From NCBI GenBank assembly GCA_963668695.2, contig CAXXLQ010000004.1:128001-192000 (forward strand): DNA of 64,000 nt, in the 5' to 3' direction. Below are positions 31,608 through 40,841 of the stretch, one piece after another; positions within the stretch are counted from its first letter, which is position 1, and each line of letters starts with the position of its first letter. This DNA is from Vicinamibacteria bacterium. GTDB lineage: Bacteria > Acidobacteriota > Vicinamibacteria > Marinacidobacterales > Marinacidobacteraceae. The notes under the pieces are model-generated. The model saw only the letters and a program-made list of their open reading frames with translations, had not been told where the DNA came from and ran no database searches. The position numbers and the translations under genes are program-made.

Positions 31608-31812
31608 ACAAGGTCACGCGGCGTTCGGCGGGCGATACATCCCGGCTGAACCGCCCCCCCACCGGGAGAACTGGCGCTTCGCTTCGCTCATCGTTGCGCT
31701 TCGGTCGAAATACATCCGGGCCAGTTCTCCCGGTGGGGGCTCCTCCCTCGCGCGCCTTGTCAGCCGAGCGTCTCACCCGCCTCGGCGCTCACGCCACCTT
31801 GTCCACAGGCTA
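31594..31812. mobile_element. MITE between carA and carB
   Basis: TTAG-CAGCCTGTG...GTCCACAGGCTA (degenerate right end); internal sequence matches the other copies. Confidence 0.8.
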
Positions 31813-31818
31813 CTCACG

Positions 31819-34800
31819 ATGAGCAGCCGGGCGACGAAACCCGGTTCCGTCATCGTTCTCGGTTCGGGAGCCCTCCAGATCGGCCAGGCGGGAGAGTTCG
31901 ACTACTCGGGATCCCAGGCCATCAAGGCGCTCAGCGAAGAGGGCGTTCGCACCGTCCTCGTGAACCCGAACATCGCCACCATCCAGACCAGCGAAGGGAT
32001 GGCGGACCGTCTCTACCTGAACGCGGTCACCCCTCGTCTGGTCCGGCAGATCGCCGAAGCCGAGGGGGTGGACGGGGTGGCGCTCTCCTTCGGGGGCCAG
32101 ACCGCGCTCAACTGCGGGCTGGAACTCGAGGAGTGGTTCTCGAGTGCCGGGATCCAGGTCCTGGGAACCCCGGTGAGCAGTATCCGGGACACCGAGGACC
32201 GGGGTCGCTTCAACTCCCGGCTCGCGGAAATCGGAGTGCTCACCGCGAGAAGCATCGTCTGCCACCGCCGGGACGAAGCCCGGGAAGCCGCGCACACGAT
32301 CGGACTGCCCCTGATGCTCCGCATCGGCTTCGCCCTCGGCGGCAAGGGCAGCGCCATCGTCGAAACGGAAGCGGAACTCGAAGCTGCGCTCACCAACATC
32401 TTCGGGGCTCACGACACCAAGGAGGCCCAGGTGCTGGTGGAGGAGTCCCTCCGCGGCTGGAAAGAGATCGAATACGAGGTGGTGCGCGACCGGGACAACA
32501 ACTGCATCACGGTCTGCAACATGGAAAACATGGATCCGATGGGGATCCATACCGGGGAATCCATCGTGGTGGCGCCCTCCCAGACCCTGAACGACGAGGA
32601 ATACCAGCTCCTGCGCACGGTTTCGATCCGCACGATCCAGCATCTCGGAATCGTGGGCGAATGCAACGTGCAGTTCGCCCTGAGCCCGACGGAGGCCGAC
32701 TACCGGGTAATCGAGGTGAACGCCCGGCTCTCCCGTTCCTCGGCGCTCGCCAGCAAGGCGACCGGGTACCCCCTCGCCTACGTCGCGGCGAAACTCGGGC
32801 TCGGATTCACCCTTCCCGATCTGAAAAACGCCATCACCGGGGTCACGAAGGCGTTCTTCGAGCCGGCGCTCGATTACCTGGTGCTCAAGGCGCCCCGCTG
32901 GGACCTCGGCAAGTTCCAGGAAGCCGGAACCCGGATCGGCAGTGAAATGAAGAGCGTCGGGGAAGTGATGGCCATCGGGCGCACCTTCCCGGAAGTGCTG
33001 CAAAAGGCCCTTCGCATGCTGGATATCGGCGTGCGCGGCCTCGATTCGAAGGCGTTCGAATTCGAGGACCGGGAGGACGAACTGCGAAACGCGACACCCC
33101 GCCGGGTCTTCGCGCTCGCCCAGGCCCTGCGGCAGGCGGTGGACGCGGGAACGGTGCCGGAGACGATCGACGAAATCCATCGCCTGACCCGGATTGATCC
33201 GTGGTTCCTCTACGGGATCGCCGAGGCCATGAAGACGGAGGCGGAAGTCGAACGCGGCGGCTGGCCGATTCCGCCAGCGACGCTCCAGTTGGCCAAGGAG
33301 CAGGGTTTCTCCGACGAGTCCCTCGAATTCCTGACCGGGAGGGAGCGGGGCAGTGCGCGCATCGCCCGCCAGCAAGCAGGCATCGGCCCTCACATCGCCC
33401 GCATCGACACCCTGGCCGCCGAGTTCCCCGCCGAGACGAACTACCTCTATTCCACGTACCACGCGAGCGCCGACGAAGGGGTGGGAGGGCCCACCAAGGG
33501 CCGGGGCCGCATTCTGGTGATCGGCTCCGGGGTCTATCGGATCGGCTCCTCCGTGGAGTTCGATTGGTGTTGCGTCAACGCCGTGCAGGCGGCGGCGGAG
33601 CTCGGCTTCGAAACCCTGATGCTCAACTACAACCCGGAGACGGTGAGCACCGACTACGACATCTGCGACAAGCTCGTCTTCGACGAGGTGAGCGTGGAAT
33701 CCGTCCTGGACCTCGTGGAAAAGGAACGGCCGGACGGCGTGGTCGTGAGCATGGGCGGCCAGATTCCGAACCGGTTGGCCATGCGCCTCCACCACGCCGG
33801 CGTTCCGATTCTCGGCACCTCCGCACAAGACATCGACCGGGCCGAGGACCGCAACAAGTTCAGCGCCCTGCTGGACCGGATCGGGATCGATCAGCCGCGC
33901 TGGGCCCACGTAACCGATGTGGCGGACGCGGAGCGCATCGTCGAAGGACTGGGGGGTTTTCCCGTTCTCGTGCGCCCGAGCTACGTGCTGAGCGGAGCCG
34001 CGATGTCCGTTGCGCACGAACACCACGAACTCGCCCGCATTCTGCGGAAGGCGAAGGCGATATCCCCCGAACACCCGGTCGTCATCTCGAAGTTCGAGGA
34101 AGACGCCCGGGAGATCGAGATCGACCTCGTCGCGAACCAGGGCAAGCTCGTGCTCTGGGCGGTCAGCGAACACGTCGAGGACGCCGGCGTCCACAGCGGC
34201 GACGCCACCCTCGTCCTTCCTCCCGTGGACATGACGATTCCCACGCTGGGGCAGGTGCGGCGCATCGCGCAGCAGATCGCGAAGGAGCTCCGGGTCACCG
34301 GCCCCTGCAACATCCAGTTGCTGCATCGCGACGGGATCGTCAAGGTGATCGAGTGCAACCTCCGCGCGTCAAGGAGTCTGCCCTTCGTATCCAAGGTGAC
34401 CGGACGCAACTACGCCAAAGCGGCCACCCGCATCATGCTGGGGGCCGATCCGGGGATGGAGCACCGTCCGCTCTACGAACTCGAGCACGTAGGCGTCAAG
34501 GTGCCGCAGTTCTCGTTCTCGCGGCTGGGCGGCGCCGACCCGCTGCTCGGGGTGGAAATGGCCAGCACCGGCGAAGTGGGATGTCTCGGGGATTCCTTCC
34601 ACGAGGCGCTCCTCCACGGCCTGCTGGCCACCGGGTTCCAGCGGCCGAAGAAGGGCGTCCTGCTCTCGCTCGGGCCGCCGCGGTGGAAGCACCGCTTCGT
34701 CCGCACCGCCCGGACCATGGCGGACGAGTTGGGTCTCAAGATCTATGCGACCTCCGGCACCTGCCGCGTCCTCCGCGAAAACGGCATCGAGGTCACCGAA

Positions 34801-35103
34801 GTCGCGCGCGTCCACTCTGAGCAACGCCCCCTGGGAGCCGGGTTCGATTTCCCCGGTCCGCTCAGCGCCCTCGACCTCATCGACCGCGGCGAGGTGGACC
34901 TGGTGGTGAACGTTCCGGTCGCCTTCGACCCCGAGGGCCGGCCCGACGGATACCTGGTCCGCCGCCGCGCCGTTGACCGCGGCGTCCCGCTCATCACCGA
35001 CCCCTCGCTGGCGCGTCATGTAGTCACGGCGCTGGTCAACCACGGGGAAAACACGCTCCGCGCCCGCGCCTGGAACGATTTCCTGGAAAGGAAGCCCGCG
35101 TAG
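31819..35103 (+). CDS. carB: Carbamoyl-phosphate synthase large subunit
   Basis: IGQAGEFDYSGSQA, GIHTGESIVVAP, EVNARLSRSSALASKATGYP, NPETVSTDYD and GVHSGDA motifs. Confidence 0.97.
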   Translation: MSSRATKPGSVIVLGSGALQIGQAGEFDYSGSQAIKALSEEGVRTVLVNPNIATIQTSEGMADRLYLNAVTPRLVRQIAEAEGVDGVALSFGGQTALNCGLELEEWFSSAGIQVLGTPVSSIRDTEDRGRFNSRLAEIGVLTARSIVCHRRDEAREAAHTIGLPLMLRIGFALGGKGSAIVETEAELEAALTNIFGAHDTKEAQVLVEESLRGWKEIEYEVVRDRDNNCITVCNMENMDPMGIHTGESIVVAPSQTLNDEEYQLLRTVSIRTIQHLGIVGECNVQFALSPTEADYRVIEVNARLSRSSALASKATGYPLAYVAAKLGLGFTLPDLKNAITGVTKAFFEPALDYLVLKAPRWDLGKFQEAGTRIGSEMKSVGEVMAIGRTFPEVLQKALRMLDIGVRGLDSKAFEFEDREDELRNATPRRVFALAQALRQAVDAGTVPETIDEIHRLTRIDPWFLYGIAEAMKTEAEVERGGWPIPPATLQLAKEQGFSDESLEFLTGRERGSARIARQQAGIGPHIARIDTLAAEFPAETNYLYSTYHASADEGVGGPTKGRGRILVIGSGVYRIGSSVEFDWCCVNAVQAAAELGFETLMLNYNPETVSTDYDICDKLVFDEVSVESVLDLVEKERPDGVVVSMGGQIPNRLAMRLHHAGVPILGTSAQDIDRAEDRNKFSALLDRIGIDQPRWAHVTDVADAERIVEGLGGFPVLVRPSYVLSGAAMSVAHEHHELARILRKAKAISPEHPVVISKFEEDAREIEIDLVANQGKLVLWAVSEHVEDAGVHSGDATLVLPPVDMTIPTLGQVRRIAQQIAKELRVTGPCNIQLLHRDGIVKVIECNLRASRSLPFVSKVTGRNYAKAATRIMLGADPGMEHRPLYELEHVGVKVPQFSFSRLGGADPLLGVEMASTGEVGCLGDSFHEALLHGLLATGFQRPKKGVLLSLGPPRWKHRFVRTARTMADELGLKIYATSGTCRVLRENGIEVTEVARVHSEQRPLGAGFDFPGPLSALDLIDRGEVDLVVNVPVAFDPEGRPDGYLVRRRAVDRGVPLITDPSLARHVVTALVNHGENTLRARAWNDFLERKPA

Positions 35104-35152
35104 GAACAGCACGCCGCACCGGACCGCCAATAGCGAAGGCAGCGCCGCGCGT

Positions 35153-35290
35153 CAGGGAACGCCGGTATTCACACCGGCATCGCGGCCCGCCAGGGCCGCG
35201 AATCCGCGCGTTGCCGACGGAGAAAAAGCGCCGGGACGGCTTGGAACGCCGGTCTCCGACCGGCATCGCGTGGGAGCGCGAAACCCGCGC
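35153..35290. repeat. Two REP-like elements downstream of carB
   Basis: CAGGGAACGCCGGTATTCACACCGGCATCGC and GGAACGCCGGTCTCCGACCGGCATCGC, each followed by a GC hairpin. Confidence 0.7.
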
Positions 35291-35416
35291 CGATGACGCA
35301 GCGCCCTGCCAACGTAAGTTCCGCACCCTCTCCCAACCAGGACGGCTGGACCGCTCAACCGGACGGTTCGGAGTCGGGCCGGGATCGCCATCCAGGGCGC
35401 TTCCAGCCGATGGCAA

Positions 35417-35775
35417 GAGCCATGGTCAAGTGGCTCCGAGCCATGGTCAAACTGCCGCAAGCCATGGTCAAACTGCTCCGAGCCATGGTCAATTGCCGCA
35501 TTCCGGCGCTTGCGGGCCGCATCACGAAGAGTCTTGCGTCTTCGGCGGATCCGGCTCCGGTCGGCGAATTCCGGCCTTTCCCGGCCTGGAATCGGCAATT
35601 CCGCCCCGCTTGTTCGGGTCTTCGAATTCCGAAGCGCTCTTTCGAGAAAAAGGAGCAGCGATTTCCGGGAACTCCGGTCAGCGGCCCGGAAATCACCCGC
35701 GAGCCATGGTCAAACCGCCCCGAGCCATGGTCAATTGGGGGAGCCATGGTCAAACCGGCCGAACAGTGGTCGATT
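35417..35775 (+). repeat. Two clusters of GAGCCATGGTCAA direct repeats (mostly 21-bp period)
   Basis: Units at 35417, 35438, 35459, 35480 and 35701, 35722, 35741, with a degenerate unit at 35761. Confidence 0.85.
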
Positions 35776-35969
35776 CGTACCCCCGCCGCGCGAGCCATCG
35801 AATCCGGGCTCGACGGCGCCCTCACGGAAGTCATCGCGAAGCTCCCGCGCCGACTGGTAGCCGAACTCACGGGCCAGTTAGCGGGCCAGTTAGCGGGCCA
35901 GCGAATAGCTGATCCTCCAGCTTGGGCATCTTCTTCGGCGCTCGGCCCGGTGCACGCCCCACGCTCAGG

Positions 35970-36311
35970 CTATTCCTCGCCGAGGATGGCGTTCAACTGA
36001 TCAACGAGCTTCGGCAGGTGCGCGGCGACAGTGTCGTAGAGACGCTCCCGCTCGACTTCGTCATAGCCGCGCGTGAGTAGATTCCGCATGCCGACCATCT
36101 TTCTCCAGGGAATTTCCGGATGCGCTGCACGCAACTCCGGTGAAACGCGGGTGGCCGCCTCACCCACGGTGAGAACGAGATACCGAAGAGCCCAATCAAC
36201 CGTCCTGTCGTTTTCGAGAGCGTCGGCGCTGGCGGTCTGGAATGTTTCAAGCGCCTCCTGGGCGTAATCCCGCATGTCCCGAAGCGGACCGCGGTCAGTC
36301 CGGCGACTCAT
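35970..36311 (-). CDS. HepT-like (DUF86/HEPN) ribonuclease toxin, catalytic His substituted
   Basis: VGEAA, HPEIPWRKMVGMRNLLTRGYDEV (canonical RNxxxHxY). Confidence 0.85.
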   Translation of the reverse strand: MSRRTDRGPLRDMRDYAQEALETFQTASADALENDRTVDWALRYLVLTVGEAATRVSPELRAAHPEIPWRKMVGMRNLLTRGYDEVERERLYDTVAAHLPKLVDQLNAILGEE

Positions 36312-36924
36312 AGAACAGCTCCATCGTTCCGGCCACTTCTTCCTGCATCCACGGCCGCAGGCTGCGGAACTCGAAGATCTCCGCTCTGCGGCCCACGATG
36401 GCGCTCAGCTCGTCCTGCATGTCCATCAGTTCGAACAGCCCAAACCGCACCCCGGGCCTGAACTCCGCCAACACATCCACATCACTCTCCGGCCCGAAGT
36501 CGTCTCTAAGCACCGACCCGAAGAGCGAGAACTTCCGGATCTCGTTCTTCTCACAAAACGCCACGATCTTGTCGCGTGAGATGGGTAGCCGGAGACTCGT
36601 GCCGCCACCTCCTCGAGCGCCGGCGGTCAGCCTCCCCCGCTTCATCTCTTCTCCTGGACGTGTCGGTGAGGCGTCTCGATGCTTACCGATCCAGTCGCGA
36701 AGCGCGGCGTCAATCCGTGTCTGCCAACCCCGGCCGCCTGCCTTGAAGTGGTCCATCACCTCCGGAGAAAGCCGGATGGTGGTCGCGACCTTGGGCCTCT
36801 TGACCCGCGGCCGGCCGCGACGAACCGGCGCCTTGGCGAACGCTCCCGACGAGCCGTCCCGGGGAAGATCCGGGGCGTCGTCACGGTCGAGACCTTGGGG
36901 CTTGGAGCCTTCGTTCGTGCTCAT
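36295..36924 (-). CDS. BrnA-type antitoxin in frame with a MntA-type minimal nucleotidyltransferase
   Basis: N-part RRGRP..K..TTIRLSPEVMDHFKAGGRGWQTRIDAALR (BrnA); C-part LFGSVLRDDFGPESDVDVL (MNT); internal ATG 36645 with AGGAGA RBS. Confidence 0.8.
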   Translation of the reverse strand: MSTNEGSKPQGLDRDDAPDLPRDGSSGAFAKAPVRRGRPRVKRPKVATTIRLSPEVMDHFKAGGRGWQTRIDAALRDWIGKHRDASPTRPGEEMKRGRLTAGARGGGGTSLRLPISRDKIVAFCEKNEIRKFSLFGSVLRDDFGPESDVDVLAEFRPGVRFGLFELMDMQDELSAIVGRRAEIFEFRSLRPWMQEEVAGTMELFYESPD

Positions 36925-37044
36925 TGGTTTTCCTCATGCTGATGATGCGTCGAACCGGGCCGCCCGGGAGGCGCGACCAGAACCGCCATCGCTCCAGCCA
37001 AGAATCCGAATCGGCGCTGCCCGCTTTCGTCGGTCGAACGCCAC
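36881..37044 (-). pseudogene. brnT: brnT toxin remnant (internal deletion and frameshifts)
   Basis: Fragments VAFDRRKRAA / GFLAGAMAVLV / VRRIISMRKTNEHE in different frames; upstream palindrome ATGTAGTAACAT. Confidence 0.65.
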
Positions 37045-37115
37045 CGATCAATTTATGTTACTACATTTATCCTGCCGATGCGGTAGGCACCACAAACGCC
37101 GTCGGCTTCGTGCAT

Positions 37116-37164
37116 CTCGCCCGCCTGCGGCGGGCGATGCCGGTCTGAAGACCGGCGTTCCCTG
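37116..37164. repeat. REP-like element without insertion (empty reference form)
   Basis: TCGCCCGCCTGCGGCGGGCGA-TGCCGGTCTGAAGACCGGCGTTCCCTG. Confidence 0.75.
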
Positions 37165-37202
37165 GCCTCAGAGCGCTCAACGCGGGAGGAATTCCCCCCG
37201 CG

Positions 37203-38513
37203 TCAAGCGCGGGCGTTGAGCGCCGCCTCCAGGCGACCGAGCGCTTCCTTCAGCAGCGGCCGCGGGCACGCCAGGTTCATCCGGGCGAAGCCCCGTCCCT
37301 CCGCGCCGAAGATCGCCCCGTCCTCGAGGCGCAGCTTGGCTTTGTCCAGCAGGAAGGTTTCGAGGTCAGCCGCAGGAATCCCGGTGCGCCGGAAGTCGAG
37401 CCAGGCGAGATACGTCCCTTCGATGGGAGCGTTTCCGACATGCAGTTCCGGACGGTCGCGGAAGAAGGTCCGCAGTGTCCGGGCGTTTTCGCTCAGGTAG
37501 GCGAGCACCTCGTCGAGCCACGGCCCCCCACCCCGCCAGGCGGCTTCCGCGGCCGCCGCACTGAGCGGATTCACCCCGTAGATGCCGGTCCGGTCGCGGG
37601 CGCGCCGGAAGGCGTCCCGCATTTCCTGGTCCGGGATCACGAGGCAGGAGGACTTGAGGCCCGCGAGGTTGAACGTCTTGCTCGGCGCCGAACACACGAC
37701 CGATCGCGGCATTGCTCCGTCCTTCAGGGCTCCGTCCTTCAGGGCTCCGTCCTTCAGGGCCCCGCCCTTCAGGGCCCCGCCCTCCAGGACCCCGCTCTCC
37801 AGGCTGAGCCAGGGGGTGAAGGTTCGTCCGTCGAGCATCAGATCCGCATGGATCTCGTCGGCCACCACGATGAGGTCGTGTCGCTTCGCAATCCGCGCGA
37901 ACTCTCCCAGCTCCCTGCGAGTCCAGACCCGGCCCACCGGGTTCTGCGGACTGCACAGGAACGTCATTCGCGTCTCCGGCTCCGCCGCCAGCTGCTCGAA
38001 CCGCTCGAGATCGAGCCGGTAGGGATTCCCCGACGAGTCTTCCGACGCGTCCTCCCGGCGCAACGGACACAGGTGCATGCGGGCGCCGGCGTTGTGGACC
38101 GCCCCGAAGAACGGGAAATAGACCGGCGGGTGAAGGATGACCCCCTGCCCCGGCTCGAGAAAGGTACGGACGAGAAAACCCAGGTCGGGAACGATTCCCT
38201 CGGTCGGCACGACCCACTCGGGGTCCGGTCGGCATCCGTGCCGGGTCGCCATCCAGTCGCAAAAGGCCGCGCGAAAGCTCGGAAGCCCCATGCTGTAGCC
38301 GAAGATCGGATGCTCCGTGCGGCGGCGAATCGCTTCGATCACGACGTCCGGACAGGGGAAGTCCATGTCGGCGACCCACATGGGGATCACGTCGGGATCC
38401 TCCGCGGGAACGAGCGAGGAACCGTGACCGACCGCGCCCTCGCGGTACTCCCATTTCACCGACCCGGTCCCCGCGCGGGAAATAAGCCGGTCGAAGGGCG
38501 ACGGGGGACTCAT
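37203..38513 (-). CDS. MalY/PatB family PLP-dependent C-S lyase
   Basis: GSVKW, PMWVADMDF, CSPQNPVGRVW, DEIHADL, APSKTFNLAG and EGTYLAWLDF motifs; internal 15-bp tandem repeat (GALKD). Confidence 0.92.
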   Translation of the reverse strand: MSPPSPFDRLISRAGTGSVKWEYREGAVGHGSSLVPAEDPDVIPMWVADMDFPCPDVVIEAIRRRTEHPIFGYSMGLPSFRAAFCDWMATRHGCRPDPEWVVPTEGIVPDLGFLVRTFLEPGQGVILHPPVYFPFFGAVHNAGARMHLCPLRREDASEDSSGNPYRLDLERFEQLAAEPETRMTFLCSPQNPVGRVWTRRELGEFARIAKRHDLIVVADEIHADLMLDGRTFTPWLSLESGVLEGGALKGGALKDGALKDGALKDGAMPRSVVCSAPSKTFNLAGLKSSCLVIPDQEMRDAFRRARDRTGIYGVNPLSAAAAEAAWRGGGPWLDEVLAYLSENARTLRTFFRDRPELHVGNAPIEGTYLAWLDFRRTGIPAADLETFLLDKAKLRLEDGAIFGAEGRGFARMNLACPRPLLKEALGRLEAALNARA

Positions 38514-38588
38514 CGCTCCCCTCCAGGACCAGCCTGCGGGAGCGGGCCCGTCTTGCCTGTCGCCAGTCTCGGAAGCGGCGGCACGAGT

Positions 38589-38653
38589 TTCGCCCGCCTC
38601 CGGCGGGCGATACCGGTCTGAAGGCCCCCCCCGGGAAAACTGGCGGCGCTCCC
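38589..38653. repeat. REP-like element with a variant of the 19-bp insertion
   Basis: ...GGCGGGCGATACCGGTCTGAAGG-CCCCCCCGGGAAAACTGG-CGGCGCTCCC. Confidence 0.7.
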
Positions 38654-38693
38654 AGACTTGCTCATCGCCGGACTCGCTCATCGCCGGACTCGC

Positions 38694-39836
38694 TCATCGG
38701 TAGTAAAGCCAGAGGGGCCCCGGGAAAAGCCACGAAAGGCCCACCCGCAGGCGGTCGCGCCAGTTGTCCCAGTTGTGGCCGTCCGGCGCCTCCACGTAGC
38801 GGACCTCCATGCCGCTCTCGCGGAGAAGCGGCACGAGGGACCGATTCTCGTAGATGAGGGGCTCGTAGATCCCGCAACTGACGAACACGCGACTGCTCAC
38901 CCGGCGCGGATCCACCCGATAGGCGTTCACGAAATCCACCACCGGATCGAGCAGTGCGGTTCGGGTACTCGGCCCCACGTCGGTGAAGGTGAAAGATCCC
39001 GAGGAGAGGAGCAACTTCCCGAAAAAGCCCGGGTACCGATAGGCGGCGGTGAGGGCGGCCACCGCCCCGAGTCCGGCGCCCACCAGCCCGCGGTCATCCG
39101 GGCGGAGCCTGATCGGGAACTCCGTCTGGAGATGGGGGATCAGATCGGAGGTCAGGAACTCGGCGTGGGCGGGGTTGTCCGCAAATTCCCGAATGCGTTT
39201 TTCGGGGGTCACGAAGGCGGCGATCAGCGGAGGGATCTCCCGGCGGTGGATCAGATTGTCAAGGATCGTCCGGAAGGCCGCGTGGCGCAGGTAGTCCTCG
39301 CCGTCGAGCACCACCAGCAGGGGATACCGACGCCGGTTCCGAAAGCCGAACGGGGTGTAGACCGATACCCGCCGGGTTCCGAACACCCGACTCCGCACCT
39401 CCGTAACCGAGAGTTCGCCTTGGCCGACCTGCGGGTCTTCCTCGGCCCATTCGGGCCGCTCGTACCCCTGACCGTGACAGACCGACCAGACACCGAAGGG
39501 GTCGCGCACCGTCCGTTCGTTCAGCGGATCCAGGATCCACTCGGCGTCCGCTCCGAGGACCCGCTGGAACCGATACTCGACACGCGATTCGGCGGGTAGG
39601 TCCAGGGTGAGGAACCAGAGGTCCGAACCCGGAATCCGCTCCATTTCCCGCGCGGCAGCGGTCCCGAAGAGCCAGTGGCCAAGCAGAACGGAGCTGGCCT
39701 CCCCCCGATACGCGAAGGTGGTGTGGGGACCCTCCCGGATGGGGAACTCGTGCCCCTGGATGAACCGGTCCACCGCCTCTCCGGTAGGGCCGGTCAGGAG
39801 GAGTTCCTGGATCGCCAGCTCGGGGGAGCTGTTCAT
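38694..39836 (-). CDS. Fes/enterochelin-esterase-like alpha/beta hydrolase
   Basis: DPLN N-domain, YPLLVVLDG, GAGLG nucleophile elbow (Ser replaced by Gly), DGHNWDNW. Confidence 0.8.
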   Translation of the reverse strand: MNSSPELAIQELLLTGPTGEAVDRFIQGHEFPIREGPHTTFAYRGEASSVLLGHWLFGTAAAREMERIPGSDLWFLTLDLPAESRVEYRFQRVLGADAEWILDPLNERTVRDPFGVWSVCHGQGYERPEWAEEDPQVGQGELSVTEVRSRVFGTRRVSVYTPFGFRNRRRYPLLVVLDGEDYLRHAAFRTILDNLIHRREIPPLIAAFVTPEKRIREFADNPAHAEFLTSDLIPHLQTEFPIRLRPDDRGLVGAGLGAVAALTAAYRYPGFFGKLLLSSGSFTFTDVGPSTRTALLDPVVDFVNAYRVDPRRVSSRVFVSCGIYEPLIYENRSLVPLLRESGMEVRYVEAPDGHNWDNWRDRLRVGLSWLFPGPLWLYYR

Positions 39837-40834
39837 GGGGGATCTTCCTCGCCGGCGACTTCCCCGCCAGGGGTTGGGAGAGCGAGTTCCGGCACCGTGT
39901 GTACTTCTCCCTCGCTCGACAGCATCCGGATTCCGGCGGTCGAAGTCCACCGGCAGCCGTCCCAGTGGATGGCGTCTCCGGGGTCCAGCAACACGGCGCG
40001 GTCGGGAGCCACGCGGCCCGACAATTCGGAAAGGCTCTGGCGATCCGCGAGGTCAAGCCGGATTCGAGCATCGGGGAAAAGAGCCACCCCGGGTAGCAGC
40101 GATAGCCCATCACCAAGGATTTCCGGCCGGGCCGAACCGCCCGGAAGCCGGTCATGGAACAGGACGACCCTTGGCGTCAGCACCATCGCTCCGGCGGACC
40201 AGGCCAGAACCGGAAGCCGGGCCAGAGCGTCCGCCACCCCCAGCAACAGCAGCCGGTTCCGAATCACCGCCACGTGTCCCCCGGTCAGCACCACCGCGAC
40301 CGACCGGGAGAGCAGGTGTTCCACCTCCTCCTTTGCCTCCCGGATCGCCGGACGCTCCGCGAGTCGGACCGCTTCCCGGAACTCCTGCCAGAGCGCCGCG
40401 TGGCGCTCGACATGGAACCGATCCGCGGCCAGGATCGCACGCCACGCCTGTTCGGCGTAGGGAGCCCGATACCGTTCGGCGAAGGCAAGTTGGGCTACCT
40501 CGTGGGCGGTCTCCACCGCCCGCCGGAGCCGGACGCCATAGAGCCTCTCCTCCGCAAGAAGGCCCTCCTGCAGCGCCCGATGGGCCTCGGAGAGCGCCGC
40601 ATCCCGCGCGAAGACGCGGCCGACCCGCTCGCCGATGTGCAGCGGTGCGGCCTCGCGTCCGAACTTCTCGAGTTCCCGCCCGACTTCCTTGACGACGGGC
40701 TCCGTCTCCCGCCAGCCCACCGTGATGGTCGCCACCGGACCGGGCGGCAGCTCGAGGGCCTCCAGCCCGGGTCCGAGGCTGATCCGGCCGGGCTGCGGGC
40801 CGAGAACCACCGCGCGGGGGGCGTAGCCGGACAT
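39833..40834 (-). CDS. Class I glutamine amidotransferase-like / peptidase S51-like protein
   Basis: LTGGHVAV and AWSAGAM motifs; ATGA overlap with the downstream esterase. Confidence 0.65.
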   Translation of the reverse strand: MSGYAPRAVVLGPQPGRISLGPGLEALELPPGPVATITVGWRETEPVVKEVGRELEKFGREAAPLHIGERVGRVFARDAALSEAHRALQEGLLAEERLYGVRLRRAVETAHEVAQLAFAERYRAPYAEQAWRAILAADRFHVERHAALWQEFREAVRLAERPAIREAKEEVEHLLSRSVAVVLTGGHVAVIRNRLLLLGVADALARLPVLAWSAGAMVLTPRVVLFHDRLPGGSARPEILGDGLSLLPGVALFPDARIRLDLADRQSLSELSGRVAPDRAVLLDPGDAIHWDGCRWTSTAGIRMLSSEGEVHTVPELALPTPGGEVAGEEDPP

Positions 40835-40841
40835 GCGCCGA

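Noticed and set aside
31810-34326. 838-aa minus-strand ORF
   Set aside because: Antisense shadow of carB.
35417-35775. CRISPR mini-array or coding heptad repeat (ORFs 35211..35912, 35293..36000, 35355..35870)
   Set aside because: The linkers are only 6-8 bp. The ORFs are open in several frames with no recognisable domain, and the second cluster breaks the 21-bp frame.
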